Assembly: GCA_016867415.1 (NCBI GenBank)
Contig: VGJO01000002.1
Span: 6,835 to 70,834, forward strand
Direction: 5' to 3'
DNA from: Candidatus Harrisonbacteria bacterium
GTDB taxonomy: Bacteria > Patescibacteriota > Minisyncoccia > UBA6257 > UBA11618
Length of the DNA stretch: 64,000 nucleotides
Positions 28,244 through 38,077 of this stretch are shown in pieces. Below the pieces are notes generated by a model, which saw only the letters and a list, made by a program, of their open reading frames with translations, was not told where the DNA came from and did no database searches. The position numbers were made by a program, and so were the translations under genes. How positions within the stretch are numbered: the stretch's first letter is position 1; every line of letters starts with the position of its first letter.

Positions 28244-29644
28244 CTAAAAGCCTAGGTTTTTCAAGGCTTTTTTCACTCTTTCTTGGCTTTCAGCGAGCCC
28301 TAAAACCTCCATGATTTCAATTGGTCCTGGTGAAGCCTCTTTCCCTGAAAGAGCTACACGCAAAGGCCACAAGACTTCTCCCCTCCCCTCTTCCTCCGCA
28401 TAAGTCTCGATGGCCATTTTTGCTTGACTAAAATTATTATTTGTATTAAATATTTCTGAGATTTTTAGAAGATTTTTCCCCGTAGTTTCCTTGTCTGATT
28501 TTTTCCAAATAAGCCGCTCCGCTGGATACTCGGGAAGAGCATCAAAGAAATCAGTAAGAATAGAGAATTGAGAGAGTGTATCCATTCGCTCCTTCACCGC
28601 CGCAATTTTCTTACAATTTTGTTCTGTTACCTCTATTTCTAACAATCCTGCAAGCTCTACATCGCTTTTACTCCGCAAATAATGAGCATTCAAAAATCGA
28701 AGTTTCTTTCCATCAAAAATCGCTCCACCCTTTTGGATTCGTTCCAAAGTAAACTCTGCCGCGATTTCTTCCAAAGTAAATATTTCTTTATCATCTACCG
28801 GATGCCACCCGAGAAGGGTAAGAAAGTTTCTCATCGCCTCCGGTAAATAACCCTCTTTCCGATAATCAGAGAGGGCTGTGGCTGCAAATCGCTTAGAAAG
28901 CTTTGCTCGTTTCTCATCAAGAATAAGGGGTAAATGAGCGTACTCCGGTCGCGGTAAGTCTAAAGCTTCTTGGATAAGAATCTGCTTAGGCGTATTCGCC
29001 AAATGATCTTCTCCTCTAATGACAAGAGTAATGTTCGTCTCATAATCATCTATAACCACGGCCAAGTGATATAGAGCTTCAAGTGTTTTCCCATCAGCAT
29101 TCTTCGCGATCGCAAAGTCCCCGATATATTGCGTATCAAATTTCACTTCACCCCGGATTGCATCCGAAAAAGTGATTTCCATAAGCGGCGTCATAATCCG
29201 CACTACCGCTCGCTCTCCTTTAGCAAATTTCTCTTCTATCTCGCCTTCTGAAAGATTTCGACACCGGCCGCTGTATACCTGAGGCATTTTTTTTGCCATC
29301 TGCTCCTCTCGCTCCTTATCCAAAAGTTCCTTTGAGCAAAAGCAATAGTATGCCTTCTTCGCTTCCAAAAGCTTTCTTACATACTTTCCATATATCTCTC
29401 CTCGCTCACTCTGCCGCAACACCTCCGGCTCGTAGGTAAATCCGAGCCATTTCATCCCTTCCAGAATATCCTCCTCATACTTTTTCTCCGATCGCTCCTT
29501 ATCAGTATCCTCAATCCGCAAATAAAATTTTCCTCCCGTCTTTAAGGCGTAAAGATAATTAAACAAAGCCGTTCTCGCCGTTCCAATATGAAAATACCCC
29601 GTCGGCGACGGCGCAATCCTCACCCGCACCTCTCCCTGTTTCAT
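28244..29644 (-). CDS. gltX: Glutamyl-tRNA synthetase
   Basis: HIGT (HIGH) and KLSKR (KMSKS) class I motifs; 466 aa. Confidence 0.92.
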   Translation of the reverse strand: MKQGEVRVRIAPSPTGYFHIGTARTALFNYLYALKTGGKFYLRIEDTDKERSEKKYEEDILEGMKWLGFTYEPEVLRQSERGEIYGKYVRKLLEAKKAYYCFCSKELLDKEREEQMAKKMPQVYSGRCRNLSEGEIEEKFAKGERAVVRIMTPLMEITFSDAIRGEVKFDTQYIGDFAIAKNADGKTLEALYHLAVVIDDYETNITLVIRGEDHLANTPKQILIQEALDLPRPEYAHLPLILDEKRAKLSKRFAATALSDYRKEGYLPEAMRNFLTLLGWHPVDDKEIFTLEEIAAEFTLERIQKGGAIFDGKKLRFLNAHYLRSKSDVELAGLLEIEVTEQNCKKIAAVKERMDTLSQFSILTDFFDALPEYPAERLIWKKSDKETTGKNLLKISEIFNTNNNFSQAKMAIETYAEEEGRGEVLWPLRVALSGKEASPGPIEIMEVLGLAESQERVKKALKNLGF

Positions 29645-30092
29645 CTCGCTATTCTAGCAAAAATTTCGAAAAAATCTATTTTTAGACTCCGATTTTACTT
29701 CACTTGCTTCTTGCTCTTTCATCTATATCTTTTATTCTTTTTTCTACTGCTGGCATAAATAAACCTGCCGCTTTTAGTTTATTAACTTCCTCCATGCATT
29801 CTACAGGCGCATTATTACAAGCATCTTTTGCCACATTTTAAATATTAATTGACTAATATTGAATAAACTTTATTTTCTAGAGATCTATTTTTTTCATCAA
29901 TATAATGCAAATCTCTCTTTTTTAAAAAGAATTTAAGCAAAAATTCTCTTCATTAAAAATAGATTTTTTAGGGGTGTCAATAAGAAATATTTCCAATTCC
30001 TAGCTAAGATATTTTAGGCAACAATAAAATAATTTAAAGAAATTAATACAAAAAACCCAAAAAAGCTTCACCTCCTAAGCATAGCAAAAAAA

Positions 30093-31070
30093 CTACAAAA
30101 GCACCGCTAGCAATTTATCCACTATATATTCCTCTTCCGTAAATACTGTCACGCCGGGAAACATCTTCTTCGCCTCCGCCGCGTTCCTACTCTGATGATC
30201 ATTCGCCGCCTCTGGCAAAGGCACGAGAATCATCGGTTTTTTATACGCCGCGATTTCAAATAAGCTCGATCCCGCCCGAGAGAGGACCACATCCGCCGCC
30301 TGGTACGCCACTCCCATCTCCTCAATAAACTTCATTGGTTTATAAAAATCCGCCTTCATTCTCTTCGCTTCAAGCCAATCAGTCTCACCTACCTGATGCA
30401 AGATCTGCCACCCTTTTTCTCCGAGAGTCATAAGCGCTTGAAAAACCACTTTATTAATCCGAGTTGAAGCCATTGACCCCCCCACCACTACCAATAATTT
30501 CTTTTTTGGATCAAACCCTAGACGTTCTTTGGCCTCTTTTTGCGACAAAGATAATCCGGAAAGCGCCTGCTGTCGGATTGGGTGCTCTACTACCACCACT
30601 TTCTTTGGGTTTGAAAAATATTTTTTTGCATAAGAAAAACTCACCTCAATTCTCGTCGCAAATCGTGCTGATATGCGATTAGTTAGTCCCGGAATAGTAT
30701 CCGATTCATGAATAGTCACAGGTACCTGAAAGAGCCACCCGATGACGACGACCGGTAACGCTCCCGGCCCTCCTTTACTATAAATCTCATCTGGCCACAC
30801 TCGGAAAATCACATAAATCGCCTGTAAAAAACTAAAAAAGAAAAGAAAAAAATCCAGAATATTTTTTAGTGAAAAATACCGTCTGAGCTTCGCCCCGTAC
30901 ACCGTAAAACATATCACTCCTATTTGTTCCAAATAATTCCGATATCGATCATCCGGCCCTGCGTAATAAAACTCCGCCTGTCCATCCATCGCCTCCACCT
31001 TAGCGACTAAAGGAAAAATATGTCCTCCACTCCCCCCACCACACAAAAGAATCCTTCTTGGTTTTTTCAT
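30093..31070 (-). CDS. murG: UDP-N-acetylglucosamine--N-acetylmuramyl-(pentapeptide)-pyrophosphoryl-undecaprenol N-acetylglucosamine transferase MurG (with an unusual hydrophobic insert)
   Basis: GGGSGGHIFP glycine-rich N-terminal motif; C-terminal UDP-GlcNAc-binding region; cell-wall gene context. Confidence 0.85.
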   Translation of the reverse strand: MKKPRRILLCGGGSGGHIFPLVAKVEAMDGQAEFYYAGPDDRYRNYLEQIGVICFTVYGAKLRRYFSLKNILDFFLFFFSFLQAIYVIFRVWPDEIYSKGGPGALPVVVIGWLFQVPVTIHESDTIPGLTNRISARFATRIEVSFSYAKKYFSNPKKVVVVEHPIRQQALSGLSLSQKEAKERLGFDPKKKLLVVVGGSMASTRINKVVFQALMTLGEKGWQILHQVGETDWLEAKRMKADFYKPMKFIEEMGVAYQAADVVLSRAGSSLFEIAAYKKPMILVPLPEAANDHQSRNAAEAKKMFPGVTVFTEEEYIVDKLLAVLL

Positions 31071-31072
31071 AG

Positions 31073-32323
31073 TTATTTTTGCAACTGAGAAAGTAAATTT
31101 TCTCTTCCCGAAAGAAGAATTCCTTTATTACCTTCTTTAAATATCTTAGTAAAAACTCTCATCACCTCCTCGTAAGAAAGATGGGAAAGAAAATCAAAGT
31201 ATTTTTCAATTGTATCTATTTCCTCATGGCGAGTCCAAACCCCAAAATAAAAATTAAGAACATTATCCTGCTCAGCATACCAAAGCCTTAGAGAAGCAAT
31301 CATTTGATCTCGAATTTCATTAAAAAATTTTTGAGTGAAAACCTCTGGAAAATGATTAAGGCAATCAAGAAGTTTTTTATTCGCTTCCAAAGGTTTAGTT
31401 GTTTGAAGAGAAATATCCTCAAACAAAAGATTAGGAAAATAAGAAAATTGAGCCGAAACCGAATAAGTAAAAGCATTTTTTACACGCAGTTCTTCATATA
31501 AATAAGAGCTTATTCCATAAGTAAGAAAATGATTGATTAATCCCAAAGCAATCCTCTCCTTCTCTGAAATATCTGCAAACCAAAAACTCAACACTAATCG
31601 ATATGATTCTGAATCCTCAAAAACATAAACATTATTTTCTGTAACAGCTTCTCGAGATAATAAAAATTCCTCTACTTTTTCACTTTCAGTCCAATCAGAA
31701 AAGAATTCCTGCAACAGATCTTTTATTTTTTCTACCTGCAAACCCCCATATATGACAAGCGCCGCATTGTTAGGAACTAAAAATTTTTTCTGATATTGTT
31801 GCAAATCAGAAAGGGTTATTTTTTCCAAAGTTTCTTTATATCCTAATACTCGATGAGCAATTTTATTTCCTGCAAACATCTTCAGATCTGCTTCAAACCA
31901 TAAGCGCCGCATTGGATCAGCCTCCGCCCGAGCAATCTCTTGTAAAACTATCGCTCTTTCTTCCTCTAGATTTTCTTGGGAGAAAAACGGCTTACAAACA
32001 ATCTCATGCAGAATTTCAAATATCTCCCTCGCTTTCTCTTTTGAAAAAGAAAAAATGACTCGTAAACTATATTTCGAGGTCCGAGCATTAGAGTAAGCGC
32101 CCGTCCGATCCTTCACTCGCGCAAAAACAAACTTATCCGGCCACTTTTGCGTCGCCTTTAAGATAAGATGTTCATAGAGGTGCGCCAAGCCATGCAACTC
32201 CTGATTTTCATACAAAGACCCCGCTTCAAATATCAAATCCAAATATATCGCCTCACAGTCATCATCATGAATTGATATGAGACGCAATCCATTCTCCAAA
32301 GTCCCCTGCGTCAGTTTCTTCAT
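31073..32323 (-). CDS. M16 (pitrilysin/insulinase-family) zinc peptidase
   Basis: Inverted zinc motif HLYEH (HxxEH) near N-terminus; 416 aa. Confidence 0.7.
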   Translation of the reverse strand: MKKLTQGTLENGLRLISIHDDDCEAIYLDLIFEAGSLYENQELHGLAHLYEHLILKATQKWPDKFVFARVKDRTGAYSNARTSKYSLRVIFSFSKEKAREIFEILHEIVCKPFFSQENLEEERAIVLQEIARAEADPMRRLWFEADLKMFAGNKIAHRVLGYKETLEKITLSDLQQYQKKFLVPNNAALVIYGGLQVEKIKDLLQEFFSDWTESEKVEEFLLSREAVTENNVYVFEDSESYRLVLSFWFADISEKERIALGLINHFLTYGISSYLYEELRVKNAFTYSVSAQFSYFPNLLFEDISLQTTKPLEANKKLLDCLNHFPEVFTQKFFNEIRDQMIASLRLWYAEQDNVLNFYFGVWTRHEEIDTIEKYFDFLSHLSYEEVMRVFTKIFKEGNKGILLSGRENLLSQLQK

Positions 32324-32553
32324 AAGAAAAAGAAATAAGTAACCCTAAGTAAACCACAAAAAACCTCTAAAATCCATGTTTTTCTTTCTTCTCGTCCACT
32401 AAGCAAAACCTTGCGACACAAAAGTAATTTCCAAAGATTTTTTTCCAAAGACAAGGAGCGAGTGAGCAATACTCGCGAGGCATACGTAAGAAAGTGTATG
32501 TCGAGTGAGGAAGCGGAGCGAGCAACGCGGTATTTGGGAAGAAAGACCAAAAA

Positions 32554-33684
32554 TTACACTTTACGCATCAAACCCGCAAGAATCCCAGAGATCGTGAGAT
32601 TCACAACTAGCGCCGTTCCCCCATAACTCACAAAAGGAAGTGGCGCCCCCGTAAGCGGTATCACCCCCGAGATCGCCGCAATGTTTACAAATGCCTGAAA
32701 GCCAATGAGCCACCCATACCCCGCAAAAAGCAATCGGAAAAATTGATCCGTCTCCCGATAGGCAAAATAAAAACACATGAGCAAGATAAGCAAGTAGGCA
32801 AAAATAATCACCGCTACTCCAAGAAAACCAAACTCCTCCGCAAGAATTGCAAAGATCGAATCTCCCATCGGTTCCGGTAAATATTTGAGCTTCGTTGTCG
32901 ATTGCCCATATCCCACACCAAAAAATTGTCCGGAAGAAACTGCCTTAATCGTCTGATTAATATGGAAACTTGAAGAGCTCTGATTTTGCGCCGGATTCAA
33001 ATATGTCTCAAATCGCTTCCATTTATAAGGGGTAAGGTATATTGTCCCAGCAAGCACCGTTACTCCCAAACCACCTAAGACAAGAATATATCGCATTTTT
33101 GCTCCAGAAATAAAATACATCAAGAGTGCGGTCGAAAGAAGAATCACTGCCGTCGAAGTCGCCGGCTGCAAAAGAAGCATTCCTCCCACGAAAGACAAGA
33201 TTAAAATAAACGGCACAAATCCCTTAAAAAAATCCTCCTCCCGCTTCCGTAGAGCCGAAGAAAGCCATGCTGCAACATAAAGAACGAGAGAAATCTTCAA
33301 AAGCTCCGAGGGCTGGAAGGAAAAAAATTGCAAATTCACCCACCGCTCTGCTCCGCCTGCATTAATTCCCAGCGGTGTAAAAACTAAAACCAAAAATCCT
33401 ACCGAAAGAAGAAAGATTGGAAATGCCGCTTTCTTAAGCCATTCCCCAGCTAAAAAATACATGAAGAAAAAACCAAATAACCCCATAGGCAGGCCAGACA
33501 AAGCCTGGTGCTTCAAGTAATACCAACTATCATTAAATCTCGCTTCTCCTAAAGATAATGATGCCGAAGAAAGCATTATAAATCCGAAAAAGGTCAGGAG
33601 GAAAATAAGCAAGCCAAAAAAAATCCCCGCGTTGCTGGTATTAATCTTCAAAAAACTTTTCCTCGTCTTCCTAAATCCAAACAT
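32554..33684 (-). CDS. ftsW: SEDS-family peptidoglycan glycosyltransferase FtsW/RodA
   Basis: 10-TM SEDS topology; adjacent to murG and mraY. Confidence 0.85.
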   Translation of the reverse strand: MFGFRKTRKSFLKINTSNAGIFFGLLIFLLTFFGFIMLSSASLSLGEARFNDSWYYLKHQALSGLPMGLFGFFFMYFLAGEWLKKAAFPIFLLSVGFLVLVFTPLGINAGGAERWVNLQFFSFQPSELLKISLVLYVAAWLSSALRKREEDFFKGFVPFILILSFVGGMLLLQPATSTAVILLSTALLMYFISGAKMRYILVLGGLGVTVLAGTIYLTPYKWKRFETYLNPAQNQSSSSFHINQTIKAVSSGQFFGVGYGQSTTKLKYLPEPMGDSIFAILAEEFGFLGVAVIIFAYLLILLMCFYFAYRETDQFFRLLFAGYGWLIGFQAFVNIAAISGVIPLTGAPLPFVSYGGTALVVNLTISGILAGLMRKV

Positions 33685-33779
33685 CTCTCGTAATTATACT
33701 CATAAAAATTTTACCAGTGTAGAAAAATATAACCACCAAGACTCGTAGCGAAGCGAAGACCGCGTGAGCGTACTCACTT

Positions 33780-35237
33780 TTACGCGGCCTTCCTAATTAA
33801 AACCCTCCCCCTATTCCCTTTTGCCTCCCGCGCCATCTTTCCATCATACATCTCCTCTCCATTCACCCACACCCGCTCTACCCGTTCTTGATTATACAGC
33901 ACTAAATCCGCATATTTCCCCTCGGCGATCTCCCCCCGCTCTTTGATCTTCAGCCGATCTGCCACCTCTCCAGTAATCTTGCTCACTGCCTTGGAAAAAG
34001 ATTCTGGCTCCTTGCTCGCCTCTTGAAGATATGAAAGAAAGCCTGTCTCCAGAGAAAAAAGTCTAGGGTCAGAAGAAACCGGAATCACCTTTTCCTCTCC
34101 TAAAAATTCTTGCAAGGTCTTCATATCAATGCCTTCTTCCATCACAAAAGCTCTGAGGCCCGCTATTTCCATAATCGATAAAAGTTCCGCCTTGCTCTTA
34201 ATCAATCGAGGCTTAAGATAGGGCAAATGGGGCGTAAACGCCAAAAATAATTTCCTCTTTTTATTCCACTCAATCTCTTTTTCTATAAGCCGTCTCGATT
34301 GTTTCTCTTGGAAGGCCTGACGCATCTCCTCGACCGTCCCCCGCCTCGCCCACAAAGGTAATAAATAATAAAGAGGAAAAAGCAAGTATCGGCTAAGCAT
34401 AAGCTCCACGTACACTTCCATATAATCAGTACTCTTATGAAGAAGTTTTATAACTTCCTGGTTTTCCCGATTATCTCCTAGCTTCGGTTCAAAGTTGCGC
34501 AAAATCATTCTTCCTCCTGCTTGAAAATATGCCTTTAGTGCAAGCGAGGTCTCTTCATAAAGAGTCCTTTCTTGTCGTCGCAAAGTCACTGATAAAAGAC
34601 CTTTCTCCTCCTGAGTAATTCGTAGCCAATCCGCAATCGCATTTTCATTAAAAATTCCACCTTGAGTTCCTTCCCGAGACAAAGATAGACCAAAAGCCCC
34701 ATCCCTTAAAGCCTGTCTCGCCGTCTCCTCAAACACCTTTTTCTCTTTCTCCGTAAGATCAAGCTTCACTTTGGGAAAAAGCCCCCGATAAAGACCATTC
34801 AACCCCGCAAAACTTCCCACATTTATGGGTAATGACAGCTTCGACAAAGTCTTCAAAAAATCCTGGAAAGAAAACCAATCAACGTTCACTCCCCTTGCAT
34901 GCGTATGTTTATGAAATACCGAAAAATCTCCTCCCGGCAAAGGCGCAAGCGAATATCCATCCTGACCAAGAATTACACTTGTCACCCCCTGCCTTAGATA
35001 ACCCGAAAAGTCCGTCGATGAAATAGGCAAGAGCGTCCGATCCGCCAAAGCGCCCGCGTCAATAATCCCAGGCAATAAATACGCCCCCCGTCCCTCAACT
35101 ACCTGACTCGCTTTTTTGTGGGGGAATTTTCCAATCGCCACCACTCGATCGCGATTCACCAAGACATCCGCCTCCTTCACCTGCCCCCCTCTCCCATCCA
35201 CCACTCTCACCCCTTTTATAAGCAGCATATTCCTCAT
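33780..35237 (-). CDS. Amidohydrolase-superfamily protein, D-aminoacylase-like; canonical HxH metal motif replaced (PGIIDAGAL)
   Basis: N-terminal LLIKGVRVVDGRGG...YLLPGIID pattern of D-aminoacylase family, but the first metal-binding HxH is A-G-A. Confidence 0.55.
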   Translation of the reverse strand: MRNMLLIKGVRVVDGRGGQVKEADVLVNRDRVVAIGKFPHKKASQVVEGRGAYLLPGIIDAGALADRTLLPISSTDFSGYLRQGVTSVILGQDGYSLAPLPGGDFSVFHKHTHARGVNVDWFSFQDFLKTLSKLSLPINVGSFAGLNGLYRGLFPKVKLDLTEKEKKVFEETARQALRDGAFGLSLSREGTQGGIFNENAIADWLRITQEEKGLLSVTLRRQERTLYEETSLALKAYFQAGGRMILRNFEPKLGDNRENQEVIKLLHKSTDYMEVYVELMLSRYLLFPLYYLLPLWARRGTVEEMRQAFQEKQSRRLIEKEIEWNKKRKLFLAFTPHLPYLKPRLIKSKAELLSIMEIAGLRAFVMEEGIDMKTLQEFLGEEKVIPVSSDPRLFSLETGFLSYLQEASKEPESFSKAVSKITGEVADRLKIKERGEIAEGKYADLVLYNQERVERVWVNGEEMYDGKMAREAKGNRGRVLIRKAA

Positions 35238-35407
35238 TATACCACTTCACCCCTCTTATCCCTTAATAGCAAAAAATAAATTGTGCAGCATTCTTATTAG
35301 TCTGGATGCATTCCGCCGACTTTCCAAATTTTCGCGGGAAAATTTTTTTGATTTTTCCTGTCTGGTGTATTTATACAACCATCACAAAACTTTTCGGCTT
35401 TTTGATA

Positions 35408-35483
35408 TGGTGCGCCCCGCAGGACTCGAACCTGCAACCCCTTGGTTCGAAGCCAAGTACTCTATCCTTTGAGCTAGGGGCGC
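35408..35483 (-). tRNA. tRNA-Arg (anticodon TCG), CCA encoded
   Basis: Reverse complement GCGCCCCTAGCTCAAAGGATAGAGTACTTGGCTTCGAACCAAGGGGTTGCAGGTTCGAGTCCTGCGGGGCGCACCA folds as a cloverleaf with anticodon loop CTTCGAA. Confidence 0.9.
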
Positions 35484-35606
35484 TATTTTATCAATATAAT
35501 ACAGTAAATTACCCCTTTAAGCAAAGACATTTTCAATCGCCGAAGGCTAAAAAGTGGAGCGCAGGATTTTTAAGAAGAGTTTAGATTTTCTCTCTGAGTA
35601 TGGGAC

Positions 35607-35680
35607 GGAGCATTCTGCGGGAAGTATGTGAGTACTAAACGGAAGAAAAAAATTCAAAATCTTCCAAAAATACCAGCGAT
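35607..35680 (+). repeat. Dispersed repeat family, short (74-nt) copy G, degenerate 3' core; abuts the mraY stop codon
   Basis: GGAGCATTCTGCGGGAAGTATGTGAG...GAAGAAAAAAATTCAAAATCTTCCAAAAATACCAGCGAT aligns along its length with copy F (50930..51003). Confidence 0.7.
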
Positions 35681-35685
35681 AAAGG

Positions 35686-36738
35686 TTATAAAAGCCTATC
35701 TATGAAAAATATAATGAGACCTAATATGGTCATGATGGCCGATACTATCCAAAACCTCATCGTAATCTGACTCTCCTCCCAACCCAACGCCTCAAAGTGA
35801 TGATGGATCGGAGATGAATGAAAAATCTTTTTTCCTCCTCGTAATTTCTTGGAAGTCAATTGAATAATCACCGATATCGTCTCCATCATCGGAATAAAAG
35901 CAAAAAATGGCAGAAGCAATACGGTATTTGTTAAAAGCGCGATCGTCCCCAGTGTGATCCCGAGCGCCATCGAGCCCGTATCCCCCATGAAAAACTTTGC
36001 TGGGTGCACATTAAACCACAGAAAAGCGAGTAGTGCTCCCACAACCGCTCCGGAGAATACTGCCAAGTCATACCGCCCGAGCAAAAATGCCACCGCCGTG
36101 AGCGCAAAGAAAGCAAACATTAAGACACCGCCCGCTAAGCCATCAAGTCCATCGGTAATATTTGTCGAGTGAGCCGTCGCCGAAATGATAAGCATGAAAA
36201 AAGGAATATACCACCACCCAATATCATAATTTCCAAAAAAGGGAATATGAATGACATGCCACTCGAGCCGATGGTAAAACCAATACGCCCCGATCCCTGA
36301 AATCAAAAGATAAAGAAAAAGCTTATACTGCACCGACAGCCCTCCCCCAAAAGGCCCAATCTTCCTCACTCCCATATAGTCATCCAAAAGCCCCACAAGA
36401 GCCGCCGCTGCAAGTGTCCCAAGAGGCAAATATGTCTCCGCCCTATTTAAAAACGAAAGATACGAAAACCATCCGGGAAATACATCTGCAATCAGAAAAA
36501 AAATAATTGCAAGCGCCAAGACCGAAAACCAAATCACTATTCCTCCTCCCGTTGGTGTTCCTTCTTTCTCTTTATGAAGCTTGGAAAAGACCGGCGCTGA
36601 GGACGACAGCCGGATCTGTTTCCGAAACCCATTTTGAATCAAAAAACCATAAACAAATGGTGTGAGTAAAAATGCTGACAAAAAACCAGAAAACGAGACC
36701 AAGAGCACTCGCACTAATTGTAGAATTTGGAAATCCAT
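35686..36738 (-). CDS. mraY: Phospho-N-acetylmuramoyl-pentapeptide transferase MraY
   Basis: 10-TM MraY family; conserved DD and HHH-containing loops. Confidence 0.9.
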   Translation of the reverse strand: MDFQILQLVRVLLVSFSGFLSAFLLTPFVYGFLIQNGFRKQIRLSSSAPVFSKLHKEKEGTPTGGGIVIWFSVLALAIIFFLIADVFPGWFSYLSFLNRAETYLPLGTLAAAALVGLLDDYMGVRKIGPFGGGLSVQYKLFLYLLISGIGAYWFYHRLEWHVIHIPFFGNYDIGWWYIPFFMLIISATAHSTNITDGLDGLAGGVLMFAFFALTAVAFLLGRYDLAVFSGAVVGALLAFLWFNVHPAKFFMGDTGSMALGITLGTIALLTNTVLLLPFFAFIPMMETISVIIQLTSKKLRGGKKIFHSSPIHHHFEALGWEESQITMRFWIVSAIMTILGLIIFFIDRLL

Positions 36739-37580
36739 TCAAATAAAATATTAGTTTGATAAAAACGCGCCGCCTTGCTCTCCGTCCCCAGGACAATAAT
36801 CAAGATCGGCTGACCATGATATTCAAAAAGAGACAAAAGATTTCCGCTCGCTTCATTGGTATACCCTGTCTTACCGCCTAAAAAGTCTTTTCTTCCGACA
36901 AAATCATTATTACTTTCTATTATCTTATCATCAATCACTACATTTGTCTCGCGACTAAGTTGGAATATCTTGGGGTGTTTTTGGAGCGTATAGTGCGCAA
37001 GCCGTACAAGATCATTGATAGTCGATTGATTGTTTGGGGAAAGCCCGGACACATCGTCAATACTCGTGTTCTTCATCTGAAGCTTCAAAGTTTTCCTCCG
37101 CATCAATGAAAGGAATTCCTCTTTTCCATACAGAGATGCAAGCTTCTCCGCCGCTTCGTTTGACGACACAACCATCATTTGCTTTACCAAAAGATCTCGC
37201 TCCTCCGATGAAGGCAAATGTTCAAAAGCGACAATAGCCGTGAGAATCTTAGTAAGCGAGGCAAGAGGCCACGCTTTTTTTGGCTGCACCTCAAGGTAGG
37301 TATAATCTGTCTGAAGATTAATGACTACCGCTGACTGTAAGGCAAGATGATCTGGTGGCGCCGGATACTGCTTGATAAGCTCGTTAGTTGCGATAGTAGA
37401 AAAGAATTGGAAAGATTTTTCTTTTTGTAATAAATCTTCTTTCTCCGAAAAGAGCCAAAAATAACCGCCCACAAAAAAAGCCGCCAAAAGCAAAAATTCT
37501 CTATTTCTACTCTTCATTCTGGAGAGTAATTTTGGTAGCCAATTTCTTATATTCCTCATATTTCGGCAACGCTGAGACAT
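36714..37580 (-). CDS. dacA: D-alanyl-D-alanine carboxypeptidase (S11 serine peptidase, PBP5/6-like); probable start later (MKSRNREF about 37517)
   Basis: SxxK (ASLTK), SxN (SSN), KTG (KTGYT) motifs. Confidence 0.8.
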   Translation of the reverse strand: MSQRCRNMRNIRNWLPKLLSRMKSRNREFLLLAAFFVGGYFWLFSEKEDLLQKEKSFQFFSTIATNELIKQYPAPPDHLALQSAVVINLQTDYTYLEVQPKKAWPLASLTKILTAIVAFEHLPSSEERDLLVKQMMVVSSNEAAEKLASLYGKEEFLSLMRRKTLKLQMKNTSIDDVSGLSPNNQSTINDLVRLAHYTLQKHPKIFQLSRETNVVIDDKIIESNNDFVGRKDFLGGKTGYTNEASGNLLSLFEYHGQPILIIVLGTESKAARFYQTNILFEWISKFYN

Positions 37581-38049
37581 TTGAGATTCCGAGCTGTCTC
37601 AATGCCGCGGACGTCAGTTGATACAAATCACTCTTTTCTCCACTAAGTAATATTTCAATCAATCCTCGCCGCAAAAGCGTCCGCACCGACTGCGCCGATG
37701 CCACTCCACGGATAATCTCAATAGCCGAAAGAGTAATTGGCTGATTGTAGGCAATTATCGTCATTATCTCAATCTGAGTCGGCGTAAGTTCCCCTTTGGT
37801 TTCCTCCCGCAAAAATTCCGCCATCCAATCTGCGGTCTCTGGAGCTGTTGTAAGCGCCACTCTATCGCCCTGCCTCTGAAGAGAAAGCCCGCTTTTCCTC
37901 TCCGTTAATTTTTGCTGCAACTCCTCAAGTCCCTTGTCCACTTCTTCCTCACTGATCTGGAGCGCCTTCGCAAGTTCTTTTATGCTCACTTCCTCTCCCC
38001 GAAAAAAAAGGTATGCTTCTAATTTTTGTTCCACTCCTAATTCCTGCAT
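37507..38049 (-). CDS. scpB: Segregation and condensation protein B
   Basis: Tandem winged-helix ScpB sequence; adjacent to scpA. Confidence 0.85.
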   Translation of the reverse strand: MQELGVEQKLEAYLFFRGEEVSIKELAKALQISEEEVDKGLEELQQKLTERKSGLSLQRQGDRVALTTAPETADWMAEFLREETKGELTPTQIEIMTIIAYNQPITLSAIEIIRGVASAQSVRTLLRRGLIEILLSGEKSDLYQLTSAALRQLGISNVSALPKYEEYKKLATKITLQNEE

Positions 38050-38077
38050 TACATTATGAAAAGTAATCTAAAGTATA

